Source of the DNA: a virus
Lineage: Duplodnaviria; Caudoviricetes
Direction: 5' to 3' (one strand)
IMG/VR virus record: IMGVR_UViG_3300020413_000018
Coordinates: 1 to 43,130 of that record
Length of the DNA: 43,130 nt
This document shows positions 28,248-37,550 of the stretch, in pieces. Below the pieces are notes generated by a model. That model had not been told where the DNA came from. It did no database searches and saw only the letters and a program-made list of their open reading frames with translations. The number at the start of each line of letters is the position of its first letter. Position 1 is the stretch's first letter. Both the position numbers and the translations under genes were made by a program.

Positions 28248-29713
28248 ACCAGTATCATATTCCCAAAGCCCCTACCACGTCTTGAGCTAGTGCCAGCAAT
28301 AGCACGCGCAAAAGCACTTTGATCTTGTCGAGCTGAATTGTTGTATCGGTAGTCGCCTGTTTCCCTGTCTCTTACCCTGTCGCGGTAAGTTACGCCTTCT
28401 GGCAAATACGCTGGAAGCATTGGGGCGATTGGAAATGGTTGCGGAACAGTCGCAGAAATATTTGGCGTTTCGTTTTTTTCAAACTGATCGAAGTATTCGT
28501 CTGGCGGGATTTCTGGAAAGACAGCGGTTTGATATGAACTAGGGTTAATGTTTGCTGGTGTCGGCAGCGGAGCGTTTTGCTGACCCAACATTGCGCCTAT
28601 TGCAGCGCCATAGTTTGCACCTTGGCTGCTACTTAGAGCTTTTAATGCGCCTTGCGATGCTTTCTTTAAGTCATCTAAATTACCCTCGTAGTCGGCTCCC
28701 TTGCCTTTAAATGTGTCTTGGGGTTCCATGTTTTTCATTTCGTCTAATTGTTCGTCTGTCTTAAACATGTTGCCAGCACCGCGTCCAACATAAGAACCAA
28801 GACCAGCGCCAAGACCTGTATACAGCGCCGACTTGGTGTCTAACCCAGCCAACTTACCAAGGCCAGCAGTGGTCACACCAGTTACGGCAGATTGCGCCCA
28901 AGGCTTGTTCGCCACATAGTCTGCTGTTTTGGTAAGCCAATCGTACCACGCAAACTTTTGTGCGCCTGTTTTTTCGTCATAGTTGCCTTCTGGATCGCCA
29001 GATATGTACTGAGCAGGGTTGCCGCCTTCTGCGTTAATAGCTTCAGCAATAGCTCGACGTACTTGTGGATGCCTGTCTCCTACGACTTTAGGAAGAACCA
29101 TTTCTCCCGGCTCTGTATAAGCAATGCGTTGATCGTTGCCGTCCATACGGTGGTAGTGGATAGCGTCGGCTTGATCTAAAATTGGAATTAGACCGTCCTC
29201 ACCTTCGGGCAAACCCCTGTCCATTGATCTGTTCATAGGTGGCTTGGACACTTTGTCTTTACCCATTGTCTTTAGCTTTCCAATAAATTGCATGACGGCC
29301 TCAGTCGGGATTACTTCTGGTAACGACGTGTCTGGACCACTTCCAAAATCTATGCGGCCAAGAGGCGTGCCAGATATATCCTGTGCAGACGAAGCGGCTT
29401 GCTCGTCCATCCCAACTTCTCGGTAATAATCGTCTGGGTTGACCAACGGCCCTAAGCCTTGATTTGTCATGCCTAACGCTAACAACTCGGCTCCTGTGTT
29501 AATGCTAGGATCGTTAGTCGGTAAAAAAATTTTTGGCTCTGGCATAACTTCTTTGTTCTTCATGTAATAGTATGCGGCGTTTCGCAAAGCCTCTCGGTCA
29601 TACTCGTCCATGTCTTGAATGTCAGCTTGCGGCGTCTGAAAATACGGGTAGCTCTCTTGGTTTAGTCGGCGCAAAAAGTTTGCGCCACTTTCTCCCGGTC
29701 TTGGCCCTGCCAT
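28244..29713 (-). CDS. Putative internal virion/ejection protein (489 aa)
   Basis: D..IAY.EPGEMVLP and KTGAQKFAW motifs followed by Gly/Ala zipper helices; AAGGAG RBS. Confidence 0.65.
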   Translation of the reverse strand: MAGPRPGESGANFLRRLNQESYPYFQTPQADIQDMDEYDREALRNAAYYYMKNKEVMPEPKIFLPTNDPSINTGAELLALGMTNQGLGPLVNPDDYYREVGMDEQAASSAQDISGTPLGRIDFGSGPDTSLPEVIPTEAVMQFIGKLKTMGKDKVSKPPMNRSMDRGLPEGEDGLIPILDQADAIHYHRMDGNDQRIAYTEPGEMVLPKVVGDRHPQVRRAIAEAINAEGGNPAQYISGDPEGNYDEKTGAQKFAWYDWLTKTADYVANKPWAQSAVTGVTTAGLGKLAGLDTKSALYTGLGAGLGSYVGRGAGNMFKTDEQLDEMKNMEPQDTFKGKGADYEGNLDDLKKASQGALKALSSSQGANYGAAIGAMLGQQNAPLPTPANINPSSYQTAVFPEIPPDEYFDQFEKNETPNISATVPQPFPIAPMLPAYLPEGVTYRDRVRDRETGDYRYNNSARQDQSAFARAIAGTSSRRGRGFGNMILV

Positions 29714-29724
29714 AATATTTCTCC

Positions 29725-31557
29725 TTACACGTTGACTGTTGCGGCTGCGACTACGACCTCAAGACTTTGACCAGATGAATTGTTGGTCACAATCAGTTCA
29801 AGACGTTTAGAAGCAACCGTGCCATTAACTTCGATAACGGTTGCAATGTTGTCAGACTGCAAACTCGACGTCGCAGAAAACGTACTGCCTACTGCCACGC
29901 CATCGACTGATAATTGTAGCGTACAAGTGCCAGACGCCAGCTTGTATGCAATGCCGTCGATGCGGATTGTTTGCTTCCAGATGCGCGACAAGTAGTAAGT
30001 CTTGTTCCCGATACTTGCGCTGCTGTCTTCGTGGACTGAGAAGAACGGGATCGACACCGTCGAAAAGGTTTCGGGAAGCTGAGTAACTGGTAGGTTGCCC
30101 GAACTGTCTAGCGTCGCCACGCCGTTAGCTGCGCCCATGTAGGTTTTTGGAACAACTGAGCTAAAGTCGATGTCGCCGTATTGCAGCCCTGTGCCTGTGC
30201 CGTTTACGCGCACGTACTGGTTTGCGTTTGTCTGTACGAATGTAGGCAGTGAGCTTTCTGGCGATGTCTCCAACCACTGCGTCCCCTCGTAGAATTTTAA
30301 AATCGCAGGGGTCAAGGACGTATCTAGCCACAAGTCGCCAGTTACGGAGCCTGTAGGCGTAGTAGACTGAGACAGAATATTCGCTTTATTGGTAAGCGTT
30401 GTTGCCAGTGCTGAGACTTTGGCCTGTGGGATTTCGTTGTCTGCGACTGCGAGCTTGGCGTAATTGATATAGCCAGATGAGTTTGTGTATTCATCTTCAA
30501 ACATCAGCCCTGCCACAGTTTTCAGGCTGGTATTCTCGACAGTAATTATCGTGACTTTGTCGCCAGTCGTTAGCTGGTTAGAGGTGTCGACGAAGGTTAG
30601 TGTCCCTGATGTAGAGGACGAAATGTAGTCTGCGCTACCGCCCTGCTCTTGCAAGATGCCGTTACGCCAGACCAAGAGCTTTTCGTCAGCGGTGTGAGCA
30701 AAGGCAACCACAGTTGTCGTGCCTGATATTTCATTGTCGGCGCGACGGAAATTTGTGACCGACTGCGAGCGAATGGAGTAAATGCTGACCTTGTCGCCCA
30801 GAGCCACAGCAGGGCTGGCGGTTGCTAGAGTGACTGTGTTTGCACTTGTGCTGAACGTGTACTGAGCGGCGGTGCTTGCAGTCGTGGTGTCGTGCAGAAG
30901 CAGACCGTTGCGGTAGACCACAATGTTCTCTGTGCTGGCGTCGAAGGTGTACGAGAGGACGCTGTTAGGACTACCGACTGCGCCTGTGGCTGTCGCGCTT
31001 GATCCACCGCCCCCTGTAATTGCGACGGTTGGTGCGGCTGTGTATCCAGAGCCAGCGTTTGTGAGGGTGATCGCAGTGACAGCCCCACCAGAGATAGTAG
31101 CGGTGGCGGTAGCCGTTGTGCCTGTTGTTTCCTGCGGCGCAGAGACGGTGACAGTCGGGACCGTCGAGTAGCCAGACCCTCCGGCTGTGACAGTAATGGC
31201 AGAGATTGCGCCACCTACCAACATGTCTTTTCGGTTAAAAAAGAATGGCCCTTCGACGTTGCCTACCGACGCGCCTGCGGTGCCTCGTATAGAGGCTGAT
31301 GTGGCGATGGTAGACCAGCCCGTTTCTGCGTCTGAGTATTGGCCCACGCGGTATTGCAGGCCAAGTGTACCGTCGAGCCGCATAGAGATTGGCCCGTCAA
31401 AAACTCCTTGCTCGTTAAAAATCGTGGCCAAAAGCTCAGAGAGTGTTTTATCACCAAGCTCTGCCGTATTTATATAACGTATGACGTTTTCAAAGTCAGT
31501 GTGGATGTTGCCACTGTTGACGTAGTTTTGCGGGTGTTGCTGTCTAAGTCGTGCCAT
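29725..31557 (-). CDS. Tail structural/fibre protein (610 aa)
   Basis: Thr/Ser/Gly-rich. Repeats GSGY...PTV and V(Y/W)RNG.L, plus GDLWLD and [11 protein letters not shown] fibre motifs. Follows the nozzle gene. Confidence 0.75.
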   Translation of the reverse strand: MARLRQQHPQNYVNSGNIHTDFENVIRYINTAELGDKTLSELLATIFNEQGVFDGPISMRLDGTLGLQYRVGQYSDAETGWSTIATSASIRGTAGASVGNVEGPFFFNRKDMLVGGAISAITVTAGGSGYSTVPTVTVSAPQETTGTTATATATISGGAVTAITLTNAGSGYTAAPTVAITGGGGSSATATGAVGSPNSVLSYTFDASTENIVVYRNGLLLHDTTTASTAAQYTFSTSANTVTLATASPAVALGDKVSIYSIRSQSVTNFRRADNEISGTTTVVAFAHTADEKLLVWRNGILQEQGGSADYISSSTSGTLTFVDTSNQLTTGDKVTIITVENTSLKTVAGLMFEDEYTNSSGYINYAKLAVADNEIPQAKVSALATTLTNKANILSQSTTPTGSVTGDLWLDTSLTPAILKFYEGTQWLETSPESSLPTFVQTNANQYVRVNGTGTGLQYGDIDFSSVVPKTYMGAANGVATLDSSGNLPVTQLPETFSTVSIPFFSVHEDSSASIGNKTYYLSRIWKQTIRIDGIAYKLASGTCTLQLSVDGVAVGSTFSATSSLQSDNIATVIEVNGTVASKRLELIVTNNSSGQSLEVVVAAATVNV

Positions 31558-31559
31558 GT

Positions 31560-33050
31560 CTAACTCCTTACGGTGACTGCGAAGCCAATGATTTTCAGCA
31601 GCCCCCTGCCTTTGGTGGTGAAGCGGAATTGCACGCCTCGGTATCTGTGTTCAAACTTTCGTTCGTACTGTCGGTTCAGCGGTACGTCAGGGAACTTGTT
31701 CTCTGCTCCGTCGCCTTCGATAAGGAATTGCATGGCCGAAAGGTATCTGCCTCGCTCATCAAACGCTTCAATTTGTAGCTCGCCCTTACCTGTCGCCTGT
31801 AGAATAAAGCTGTAGCTTTCTTTGGTATCGTTAATTGCGCCCTGCCAAAGAATAGGGGTATCAACAACCATTTCTGGACTGTGCGTAACCAAGTCTTCAA
31901 TATTGCTTCTGTTCCAAATGCCGCCGGGGGTTCCAAGCAAAGTTGTCCCGCCAAGCTGCCTGCCGCAAGAGGCGTTAAGAAACTCACCCGTTGACCACTT
32001 GCTCTCCCCGCCTTTCATAGGATTGAGAGACAAGGTTAGCCGTTTGGTAATCTGTTCTGAGTATGGAAAGAATATATGATATTGACCTTCGTCTTGGTCG
32101 TAAAAGGAGCTTATCGTTTCGTGGTCGTCCACGTTTGTTAATAACTCACGATATGTAAGGTCGATCTTGTTGGACATTGGTATGGTGTAAAGCGTCACAC
32201 CATTTGTTTCAGAACGACGCAAAGAGTGTACGCCATCTCGCGCACAGAACATTAGGTCTGCACCAGCGTTTTTAATTGTGTTGTGAGAAATGCAGCCAAC
32301 ATTTACGTTGGCTTTGTCGTTAATTTGCCACTGGGTATAGTCAGGGTGAATTTCATAAACTAACGTTTTGTCATTGGTAAATACAGCAAGACGTGAGTTT
32401 TCAAAAACACCCAGACCTTTAATTTCATCGGCTGTCCCGATAATGTTTCCAACGTCTATGTCTGCTGCTTTCAATACGGAAGGTGAGTTAGCATCTTCAT
32501 CTGATGTAAAAATGTCCCCCTGATCCACACGACTAAAGTCAACGACTGTACGCTTCCCCGGCATACCAGCAATCGCTAACCTACGCTGTATGGATACAAT
32601 GTAAGCTGGCCTTGGGTCGCTGTTTGCAGTGATGTTGTCCCATTTAAAACCATTGTACTGATACATGCCGTAGTCGCGGCTGGCAAAAACAACTTGGTCG
32701 TTAAATATTGTTGACGTAACCACAGCAGCCTTGGGGTAAACCTCTGCCTCAATATGGCTGCGCTCTGATTTAAGAGTGGTTCCCCCGCCGTCGATTTGCG
32801 CCCAAACAGCTAAGTCGCGCCCAAAGAAATTAACATGCTTAATGTATTTGTTTGTTTCTGCACGACTTATTGCGCCGGGGTCGCGCACCATTGTACCGCG
32901 CCAATCAGCATAGCCGTCTTGGATGCGGAACATGTGCTGCTTTTTACCCGTGTCGAGAGCGCCAATGTCACGACTTGCGTCGATCCCTTGAAAGTCCTCG
33001 TAAGGGTAAACTTTTACTTTGACGCCAGACGGGGCGTAAGTCGTACTCAA
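31560..33050 (-). CDS. Tail nozzle / tail tubular protein B-like
   Basis: ~496 aa, beta-rich. F.GID N-terminus and VGCISH.TI motif typical of podovirus nozzle/stabilisation proteins. TTG start with GGAG upstream. Confidence 0.7.
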   Translation of the reverse strand: MSTTYAPSGVKVKVYPYEDFQGIDASRDIGALDTGKKQHMFRIQDGYADWRGTMVRDPGAISRAETNKYIKHVNFFGRDLAVWAQIDGGGTTLKSERSHIEAEVYPKAAVVTSTIFNDQVVFASRDYGMYQYNGFKWDNITANSDPRPAYIVSIQRRLAIAGMPGKRTVVDFSRVDQGDIFTSDEDANSPSVLKAADIDVGNIIGTADEIKGLGVFENSRLAVFTNDKTLVYEIHPDYTQWQINDKANVNVGCISHNTIKNAGADLMFCARDGVHSLRRSETNGVTLYTIPMSNKIDLTYRELLTNVDDHETISSFYDQDEGQYHIFFPYSEQITKRLTLSLNPMKGGESKWSTGEFLNASCGRQLGGTTLLGTPGGIWNRSNIEDLVTHSPEMVVDTPILWQGAINDTKESYSFILQATGKGELQIEAFDERGRYLSAMQFLIEGDGAENKFPDVPLNRQYERKFEHRYRGVQFRFTTKGRGLLKIIGFAVTVRS

Positions 33051-33053
33051 ACT

Positions 33054-33686
33054 TTATCTCCCCGTATTGTAAGATGGTGTGCCAGTCGGTTTTTGCGATA
33101 CATCCCACGGGCTGACTTCGATTTTGCCAGAGCCATATTTGCGGTGGTACAAAACTCTGTTTGTCATTTTAAAATACATCGGCCCGTAGGCTTCGATCTT
33201 GTTCGACTGCTGTTGGACTGCGTAGTGATAGAGCAAACCCGAAACCATAATGTTGTCTGGGATTGGCATAGTTTCAGATGGGTGAGTGTAGTAGTTTATT
33301 TCTGGGTTGTCCCAGTAGGGATGACCACGCAAGTCTTCGATAACGAGGTTGGCAAACTCGACGAACATCATCATTACTTCGCCATCAACTGTGCCGGGGT
33401 GCATGTCGCCGTAACGACGTAGCGACTGCATGACCAAGGCTTCAAGATTTGAGTATGGCGAATTAAGATGTGGGTTGTTTGCAGAGTAACGATTACGCTG
33501 CTCTCGCGCCTCTGAGTTTTCTCGCCATGCTACGTCTGCTGTGCCAATGTGCTTGCTGTCTATAGTCTCCCGCAAGTCTACCGCACCGACGACTGACTTG
33601 CCGTCTTCGTCAGTGTGACGAGGCTCATCGTTTGCAGGCAGTGTGCCTGTGATAGTCGCGCTTTCATATGTGCGGTAGGTTGACAT
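33054..33686 (-). CDS. Head-tail adaptor / tail tubular protein A-like
   Basis: Position between capsid and nozzle, 210 aa, IPD.IMV.GLLYHY helix. Confidence 0.55.
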   Translation of the reverse strand: MSTYRTYESATITGTLPANDEPRHTDEDGKSVVGAVDLRETIDSKHIGTADVAWRENSEAREQRNRYSANNPHLNSPYSNLEALVMQSLRRYGDMHPGTVDGEVMMMFVEFANLVIEDLRGHPYWDNPEINYYTHPSETMPIPDNIMVSGLLYHYAVQQQSNKIEAYGPMYFKMTNRVLYHRKYGSGKIEVSPWDVSQKPTGTPSYNTGR

Positions 33687-33967
33687 TAGTCTTCATCCCT
33701 TATGATGCGGCCTTGTACAAAAAACTCGTGCATCTCAAAGCGTTCTGACAGACGCGACGGAACATTCCATGTTAGGTACTCGCGGTTAGCGCACCACTGC
33801 GAACGCACTTCTTCGCCAACTACAGTGATAGAAATCGGCTGGATTTCTTCATTTCTTGAAACGTACAAAATAGTCTCTGGGCGTCGGCGTGATACGGCTC
33901 CGACCTCTTTCGCTTTTTTTGTTATGACCTTTGATTTGGCCGCTTGTTTTTTGTTTGCTGTTGACAT
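33686..33967 (-). CDS. Hypothetical protein downstream of the capsid gene (93 aa)
   Basis: Likely start is ATG 33967 with GGAG upstream; TAATG coupling to the next gene. Confidence 0.65.
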   Translation of the reverse strand: MSTANKKQAAKSKVITKKAKEVGAVSRRRPETILYVSRNEEIQPISITVVGEEVRSQWCANREYLTWNVPSRLSERFEMHEFFVQGRIIRDED

Positions 33968-33977
33968 GTTGTCTCCA

Positions 33978-34008
33978 AGAGAAAGGGGCTGCAATTTCTT
34001 ACAGCCCC
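33978..34008 (-). terminator. Intrinsic terminator after the major capsid gene
   Basis: GGGGCTGTAA-GAAA-TTGCAGCCCC followed by TTTCTCTT. Confidence 0.75.
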
Positions 34009-34039
34009 ATCCTACAAGGTTTTTGAAACTGGTTCGTCC
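34009..34039 (-). promoter_or_regulatory. Putative late promoter 3 (tail genes)
   Basis: GGACGAA-N18-TAGGAT. Confidence 0.65.
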
Positions 34040-34046
34040 TCACTTC

Positions 34047-35222
34047 TTAGGTGACAGCAGTCCAGTTCTTAATGCGGTGATGTACTTTTGACTGAAGCAT
34101 TTCCAAGCCACACTCGGTCATATACATATGCTTCACACCGTCGAAGTCTGGTGCTTGTACGTCGCGGATAAGCTGCGTATCACGCCCCTGCATGTAGCGA
34201 TACTTCAGCTCGCTCATGTCGAGGATAATCATTTCCTTATCCATTGTTGGGACTTGACGGAACATGGGGTGCATGTAGACCAGCAAGTCACCAGCGTATG
34301 TGGTGTACCGTGACAGACTTACGCCGTAAGCGTTGTCGATCTGAGTTGGTTGCCAGCGGTTCTTGCCAATCTCCATGAGATTGGAAATTACGCGAGCGCC
34401 ACAGAACGCGACCTTCTCATTGCCACCGTAAGCAAAGATGTTTTCGATCAGAAGGCGATCAAATTCTTTCTCTGTAATTACGTTGGTTGTTGCACCGTAG
34501 CTTGCGCCATCAGTTACAGTTGTGATGCTGTTACGCAACCCGCCTGTAAAACGAAGTGGTGACGCAGTGGACCCGTTGACTTCAGCACGCTTCCCAAAAA
34601 ACATGGCTCTTTCAATATCGCCCATGTGCATCTTCAATGCTTTGGTAAGCTGCTCCTGTTCCTTGTCGCCAGTACGCAGATAAGTGTTCTGCAAAGTGCC
34701 TGTGACTTGGATGGAGTTTTTGAAGATTTGGGTGAAGTTAAAGTCCAAAGTTGGGTCGAATGAGATAGCTGTCGGGGCTGAGCCACCTTCAGTATCTGCA
34801 AACCCACCGATGATTAGGTTAGCATCATCAGCAATTTGGTGCGTCGTGCCGCCAATGTTTCGCTCGACTGCGATGGCGTTGCTGCTTGGAGCAGCGGTTG
34901 CACGCATGACTTCGCCAGTATCAACGTTTACGATAATGGTTCCCGGCACGACAAACTGCTGGTCGTCGGCAGCATCTACAGTAATAGACGCAGTCGAAGT
35001 CGATGCTACAGCACCGTTGATTTGCAGCTTGCGGTCAGGCAGCTCGTCTCTGAAGTGGTTGTACTTGGGGTCATCCGTACTTTCTGAACCTGTCATCGAC
35101 AGCAATGCCTGTAGGGGTGCGCTGCCATTTGGTTCAAGAAGCGTAAATAATTCGCGGTAGTTAGTGGGACGGAAGTCAGTCGTAAACTGGCCTGTCCCGC
35201 GTAGTCCTTGTATAGCAGTCAT
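34047..35222 (-). CDS. Major capsid protein (DUF5309/SU10-like)
   Basis: 391 aa. NFTQIFK....VTGT, DIERAMFFG, RFTGGL and final TECGLE motifs. Strong AGGAG RBS, flanked by scaffold gene and terminator. Confidence 0.88.
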   Translation of the reverse strand: MTAIQGLRGTGQFTTDFRPTNYRELFTLLEPNGSAPLQALLSMTGSESTDDPKYNHFRDELPDRKLQINGAVASTSTASITVDAADDQQFVVPGTIIVNVDTGEVMRATAAPSSNAIAVERNIGGTTHQIADDANLIIGGFADTEGGSAPTAISFDPTLDFNFTQIFKNSIQVTGTLQNTYLRTGDKEQEQLTKALKMHMGDIERAMFFGKRAEVNGSTASPLRFTGGLRNSITTVTDGASYGATTNVITEKEFDRLLIENIFAYGGNEKVAFCGARVISNLMEIGKNRWQPTQIDNAYGVSLSRYTTYAGDLLVYMHPMFRQVPTMDKEMIILDMSELKYRYMQGRDTQLIRDVQAPDFDGVKHMYMTECGLEMLQSKVHHRIKNWTAVT

Positions 35223-35343
35223 GGCTATAGCTCCTGTAAATAGGTTTGTGGGGTGGGGCAGCTAGTCTCGCGGCTTCAGCGACTAAGACTTGTCGTACCT
35301 ATGTCTGTCAGACGTTCGGGCCGTAGCGCAAACTTTGTCTGTC
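35223..35343 (-). promoter_or_regulatory. Structured 5' leader of the capsid gene
   Basis: CAGAC/GTCTG plus GTTTG/CGAAC stem capped by GC-TACG-GC; TAGTC/GACTA stem; ATAGGT/ACCTAT long-range pairing. Confidence 0.55.
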
Positions 35344-35349
35344 TCGTGC

Positions 35350-35388
35350 ATTAAAGCAAAAAAAAGGGGGGCTGTCGTCCCCCCCCTT
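35350..35388 (-). promoter_or_regulatory. Putative late promoter 4 (capsid), overlapping the scaffold-gene terminator
   Basis: GGACGAC(35380-35374)-N18-TTTAAT(35355-35350). The same bases form a G-run/C6 hairpin followed by T8. Confidence 0.7.
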
Positions 35389-35395
35389 AATATTT

Positions 35396-36442
35396 TTACG
35401 CGAGGCCGCGCTTTTCCATTGCCTTGGCAGTCATTGCGTCCATAAATTGCTGGTCAGGACTAGGAGCGGCAGCAGTAGCAGCCCCGCCAGACGGCATTGG
35501 ATTAACCGAACCTGTGAACGCTTGGCGTCGTTGGTTCATTTCCCTTAGTCTTGCCATCTCAGGAGCATCACGGTTTGCGGCAAAGTCTTGGCCAATTTTC
35601 ATTGTAAGCTCTGGATCAATGAAGTCGTCTTCATTGTAGCCACGGCCATAGGCAAAGTTAAAAAAGTCTTCTTGCGCTTCGTCTGGCAGCTTGAGAGCTT
35701 GCTGCATTTGGTTCAAGTTGTTTGCAGCTTTTTGTCTGTAAGCACTATTGCGTTGAGTTTCCGCTTGCGCCAATGCTTGGCCAGCTTCTTGGTTTACGCC
35801 GTTTGCTTCTTGCAACATGCCTTGCATCATTTGCTTCATTTGAGCATTTTCGCCTTGAAGCTGTTGAATGATTGCCATGCCCTGTCGGTACATGGGTGGC
35901 AGTTCTACCGAGTTCTCCCGCTCCCACGCAGAAATATCGTCCTCTAATTGTTGAGCCGATACGTTTCCATCTGGACGATCAGGTGTTGGGTCGCGCTGGT
36001 CGCCCATCGTTGGGTTCTTAGTGTAGGCTTCCATCGACGCTTGAAGGAATTGAGCCATGTCGTCACCACTAACGTTGTGGCCGTTTTGCTTGGCGTTTTG
36101 CATAACCCCTTCTACTAACTGCAAAACCTTTTCCATCGGCTTAATACGCATAGCGTTGTCGTGATTGAGTGTCTTGTACCTGTTAGACATGCCTGCAATT
36201 TGAGAAGCCGAGAGTGTTTGCTTGCGGCCATCACCCATATCAACTTGAATAAATGCTTCCTCTTGAGACTTGTCTGCTTCCGTTTCTGGGCCAGCTATCT
36301 CTTGGGCTTTCTCATTGTCGGTAGGTGGCGCGTCTGGTGGTGGCCCTGCTGGTACAGGAGCGGGTTGCCCATCTGCGGCTGGTGCTGCACCTAGCTGCTG
36401 TGCTGCAAGCTGTGCAATCATTTGGTCGTCTGCTTCTGCCAT
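35396..36442 (-). CDS. Capsid scaffolding protein
   Basis: Acidic Pro/Ala-rich N-terminus, Gln-rich coiled coils, directly upstream of the capsid gene. Confidence 0.75.
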   Translation of the reverse strand: MAEADDQMIAQLAAQQLGAAPAADGQPAPVPAGPPPDAPPTDNEKAQEIAGPETEADKSQEEAFIQVDMGDGRKQTLSASQIAGMSNRYKTLNHDNAMRIKPMEKVLQLVEGVMQNAKQNGHNVSGDDMAQFLQASMEAYTKNPTMGDQRDPTPDRPDGNVSAQQLEDDISAWERENSVELPPMYRQGMAIIQQLQGENAQMKQMMQGMLQEANGVNQEAGQALAQAETQRNSAYRQKAANNLNQMQQALKLPDEAQEDFFNFAYGRGYNEDDFIDPELTMKIGQDFAANRDAPEMARLREMNQRRQAFTGSVNPMPSGGAATAAAPSPDQQFMDAMTAKAMEKRGLA

Positions 36443-36456
36443 GTTCTTTTTCCTTT

Positions 36457-36497
36457 TCCAGCCGTAGCGGGATTATAATGTGGAAGCCGTAGCGTCC
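36457..36497 (-). repeat. Tandem CGCTACGGCT hairpins upstream of the scaffold RBS
   Basis: GGA-C-GC-TACG-GC-T-TCC (36497-36482) and TCC-C-GC-TACG-GC-T-GGA (36472-36457). Confidence 0.65.
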
Positions 36498-36760
36498 TGT
36501 TTAAGCTCGCCTCTGTTTGCAGCGTCCATCAAGATGTCGTTGTTCAAGACTTGGCTGACTACGTCGGGGAGATCGACAAACTTCCTCGCGGCCCACATGG
36601 AACCGCGACGAAAATGCACCTCTTCTATGGGCATGGCGGGGCCATCACATAGTTGATATGCGGCTTGGAGTATGGACTTTTCCATCTCGTCTTTGATGAC
36701 TTGCCAGCCTTTCGACTTGAGCAAGCTGTCTACTGCAACTTGTTTTTGCTTGGGTGTCAT
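36473..36760 (-). CDS. Small head-module protein (95 aa)
   Basis: Likely start MTPKQ at 36760 (ATGA overlap). L..S.GW...(F)RRG pattern resembles small proteins usually found between portal and scaffold. Confidence 0.6.
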   Translation of the reverse strand: MTPKQKQVAVDSLLKSKGWQVIKDEMEKSILQAAYQLCDGPAMPIEEVHFRRGSMWAARKFVDLPDVVSQVLNNDILMDAANRGELKQDATASTL

Positions 36761-37020
36761 TTGCTTAACGTCACATATGCGCCAACAGACAGAACGCCGA
36801 GTATGGCGACGATGCACCAACGAACGACTGTCTTGAGGGCTGTTGATTTGATGTCGCGCCAACCGTCTATAAGCTGGCGTAAGTCGCGCACGTCGTTAGC
36901 GGCTGTTTCGTCAGACAGACCAATGCGGCATAGAGCTTCTTTCGCACCCTCTTGGGCCGCTTGCTGAAGCAAGGTGTTTATTTCTGCTTTGGTCAATCTG
37001 TATGTCTTTACAACAGCCAT
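36757..37020 (-). CDS. DUF6127-like small membrane protein (87 aa)
   Basis: AAQEGAKEALCRIGL.DE.A..D..DLRQLIDGWRD motif with a C-terminal TM helix; GAGGT RBS. Confidence 0.65.
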   Translation of the reverse strand: MAVVKTYRLTKAEINTLLQQAAQEGAKEALCRIGLSDETAANDVRDLRQLIDGWRDIKSTALKTVVRWCIVAILGVLSVGAYVTLSK

Positions 37021-37115
37021 TACTTACCTCTAGTGCAAGGGCAGTCCTTGTGTTGCATAGGGCCAGTCTGGGTCTTCTTCCCAAGCTGTTTTACGCCCAG
37101 TATTGTCTTACCCAT
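37020..37115 (-). CDS. Putative 31-aa peptide, not in the ORF track
   Basis: MGKTILGVKQLGKKTQTGPMQHKDCPCTRGK. AAGGA RBS and TAATG coupling to the next gene. Confidence 0.5.
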   Translation of the reverse strand: MGKTILGVKQLGKKTQTGPMQHKDCPCTRGK

Positions 37116-37128
37116 ATTTTAATTTCCT

Positions 37129-37302
37129 TCATTTTCCGTTACACATTTGCTGAACCCAAGAAGTTACGTTGACCATATCCCTAGATGCTTGGACAAACTC
37201 TGGGCTGTTAAAGCCAGTTCTTTCAACGTACTTTTTGGAATGCTCTAATTCCGCACTGACTTGTTTAATCTTGTACATCAATTCGGGCGATATAAGTTTC
37301 AT
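37129..37302 (-). CDS. Putative 57-aa protein, not in the ORF track
   Basis: MKLISPELMYKIKQVSAELEHSKKYVERTGFNSPEFVQASRDMVNVTSWVQQMCNGK. ATGA overlap with the chaperone gene. Confidence 0.55.
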   Translation of the reverse strand: MKLISPELMYKIKQVSAELEHSKKYVERTGFNSPEFVQASRDMVNVTSWVQQMCNGK

Positions 37303-37547
37303 CGTTCACCCCCTGTTGGACGCTGGGGCCATTCATGTAGATCAACAACAGGCCAATTTTCGGAGTTTTTAAGACCTCGCAAGGTAGCTCGGTAAGCGGC
37401 CCACTCGCTAGTCATAGCTGGTGTGTCCGAAAGGCCCATGTAATCTGTCGCTTGAAGTAATTTTTGAACTACTTCGCCAACAGAAACGTCTGTCATGTTT
37501 TCTCGGCCAGCGTCATACATACGCAAAACTTCAGTGTCATATGACAT
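37299..37547 (-). CDS. Tail fibre assembly chaperone-like protein
   Basis: LLQATDY..L.D...EWAAYRATLR.L....WP.....WPQRP motif; follows the tail fibre genes. Confidence 0.8.
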   Translation of the reverse strand: MSYDTEVLRMYDAGRENMTDVSVGEVVQKLLQATDYMGLSDTPAMTSEWAAYRATLRGLKNSENWPVVDLHEWPQRPTGGER

Positions 37548-37550
37548 GGA

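Noticed and set aside
36472-36497. GGACGCT...TATAAT as a fifth late promoter before the scaffold gene
   Set aside because: The spacing is 13 nt rather than 18, and the hairpin reading explains the sequence better.
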